A stretch of DNA of 64,000 nt from a phage. The DNA lies in the NCBI GenBank assembly GCA_016390365.1, contig GCA_016390365.1_3043.1; one strand, written 5' to 3'. Below the pieces are notes generated by a model, which was not told the origin of the DNA, did no database searches, and was given only the letters and a program-made list of their open reading frames with translations. Below, one piece after another: positions 63,667-64,000 of this stretch; position 1 is the first letter of the stretch; every line of letters starts with the position of its first letter. A program made the position numbers and the translations under genes.

Positions 63667-64000
63667 TTAGAAACGAGATGCGACTTTCGCATATACACTT
63701 ACAATATCTTCTGCACCAGATGCAGATTTATCTTCTACAGCTTCAGTGACGAAATTCAGTCCGGCTGCTTCAGTATCAGGAGTATTTATACTCTCAGTAA
63801 TAGTGCTTTCATCTTTATTAGATTTCTTCACCATTTCTACGATTGCACTCAATTTACTTGAGAATGCATCTGAATAATCCATACCTTCGACCAGAGCAGA
63901 GACTTTTTCTTTTTGAGACTCAGTCAGATCTTTAGTACTTTCGCTCAATGCCACTTCACGCTGCACATAATTGATATATGCGTCACGCTTATTGAGTTCT
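63667..64000 (-). CDS. 22: prohead core scaffold protein gp22 (3' portion; 5' end beyond window)
   Basis: Acidic ORF open to the window edge on the minus strand, directly upstream of gene 23. Confidence 0.7.
   Translation of the reverse strand, partial: ELNKRDAYINYVQREVALSESTKDLTESQKEKVSALVEGMDYSDAFSSKLSAIVEMVKKSNKDESTITESINTPDTEAAGLNFVTEAVEDKSASGAEDIVSVYAKVASRF
63783..63790 (-). promoter_or_regulatory. candidate late promoter for gene 23 (inside gene 22)
   Basis: TATTTATA on plus strand, about 135 nt upstream of gene 23 ATG. Confidence 0.4.

Overview
This 64 kb window is a contiguous segment of a T4-like (T-even, Tevenvirinae) Escherichia phage genome, lying in reverse-complement orientation relative to the conventional T4 map. 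It is gene-dense and AT-rich; no rRNA, tRNA or CRISPR array was recognised. Gene order: rIIB, denB, ndd, stp, 52, motA, arn, asiA (+); holin t, 38, 37, 36, 35, 34 (-); rnh, dsbA, 33, 59, 32, frd, td, nrdA, nrdB, denA, rnlA, alc, spanin pair, pseT, cd, 31, rIII, a run of small 30.x-like ORFs, DNA ligase, alt (+); 54, 48, 29, 28, 27, 51 (-); 26, 25, uvsY (+); uvsW (-); inh, hoc, rnlB (+); 24, 23 and the 3' end of 22 (-). All identifications rest on reading the translated ORFs and recalling T4 proteins; no database search was run. Both td and nrdB carry group I introns with apparently intact homing endonuclease genes (I-TevI, and a 269-aa I-TevIII-like HNH ORF). The observations most worth follow-up are: (1) a free-standing GIY-YIG endonuclease gene, an I-TevI paralog, encoded antisense between td and nrdA with its own late promoter; (2) pseT (polynucleotide kinase/phosphatase) split by a frameshift; (3) alt lacking an in-frame start because of a frame shift just after its ribosome-binding site; (4) hoc enlarged by a tandem duplication of one Ig-like domain; (5) an ORF-free, GC-rich 0.4 kb region after rIII; (6) a NADAR-domain gene with atypically high GC; and (7) several blocks of uncharacterised small early ORFs. 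I found no self-contained novel multi-gene system; the novelty here is accessory-gene and endonuclease turnover on a conserved T-even backbone.
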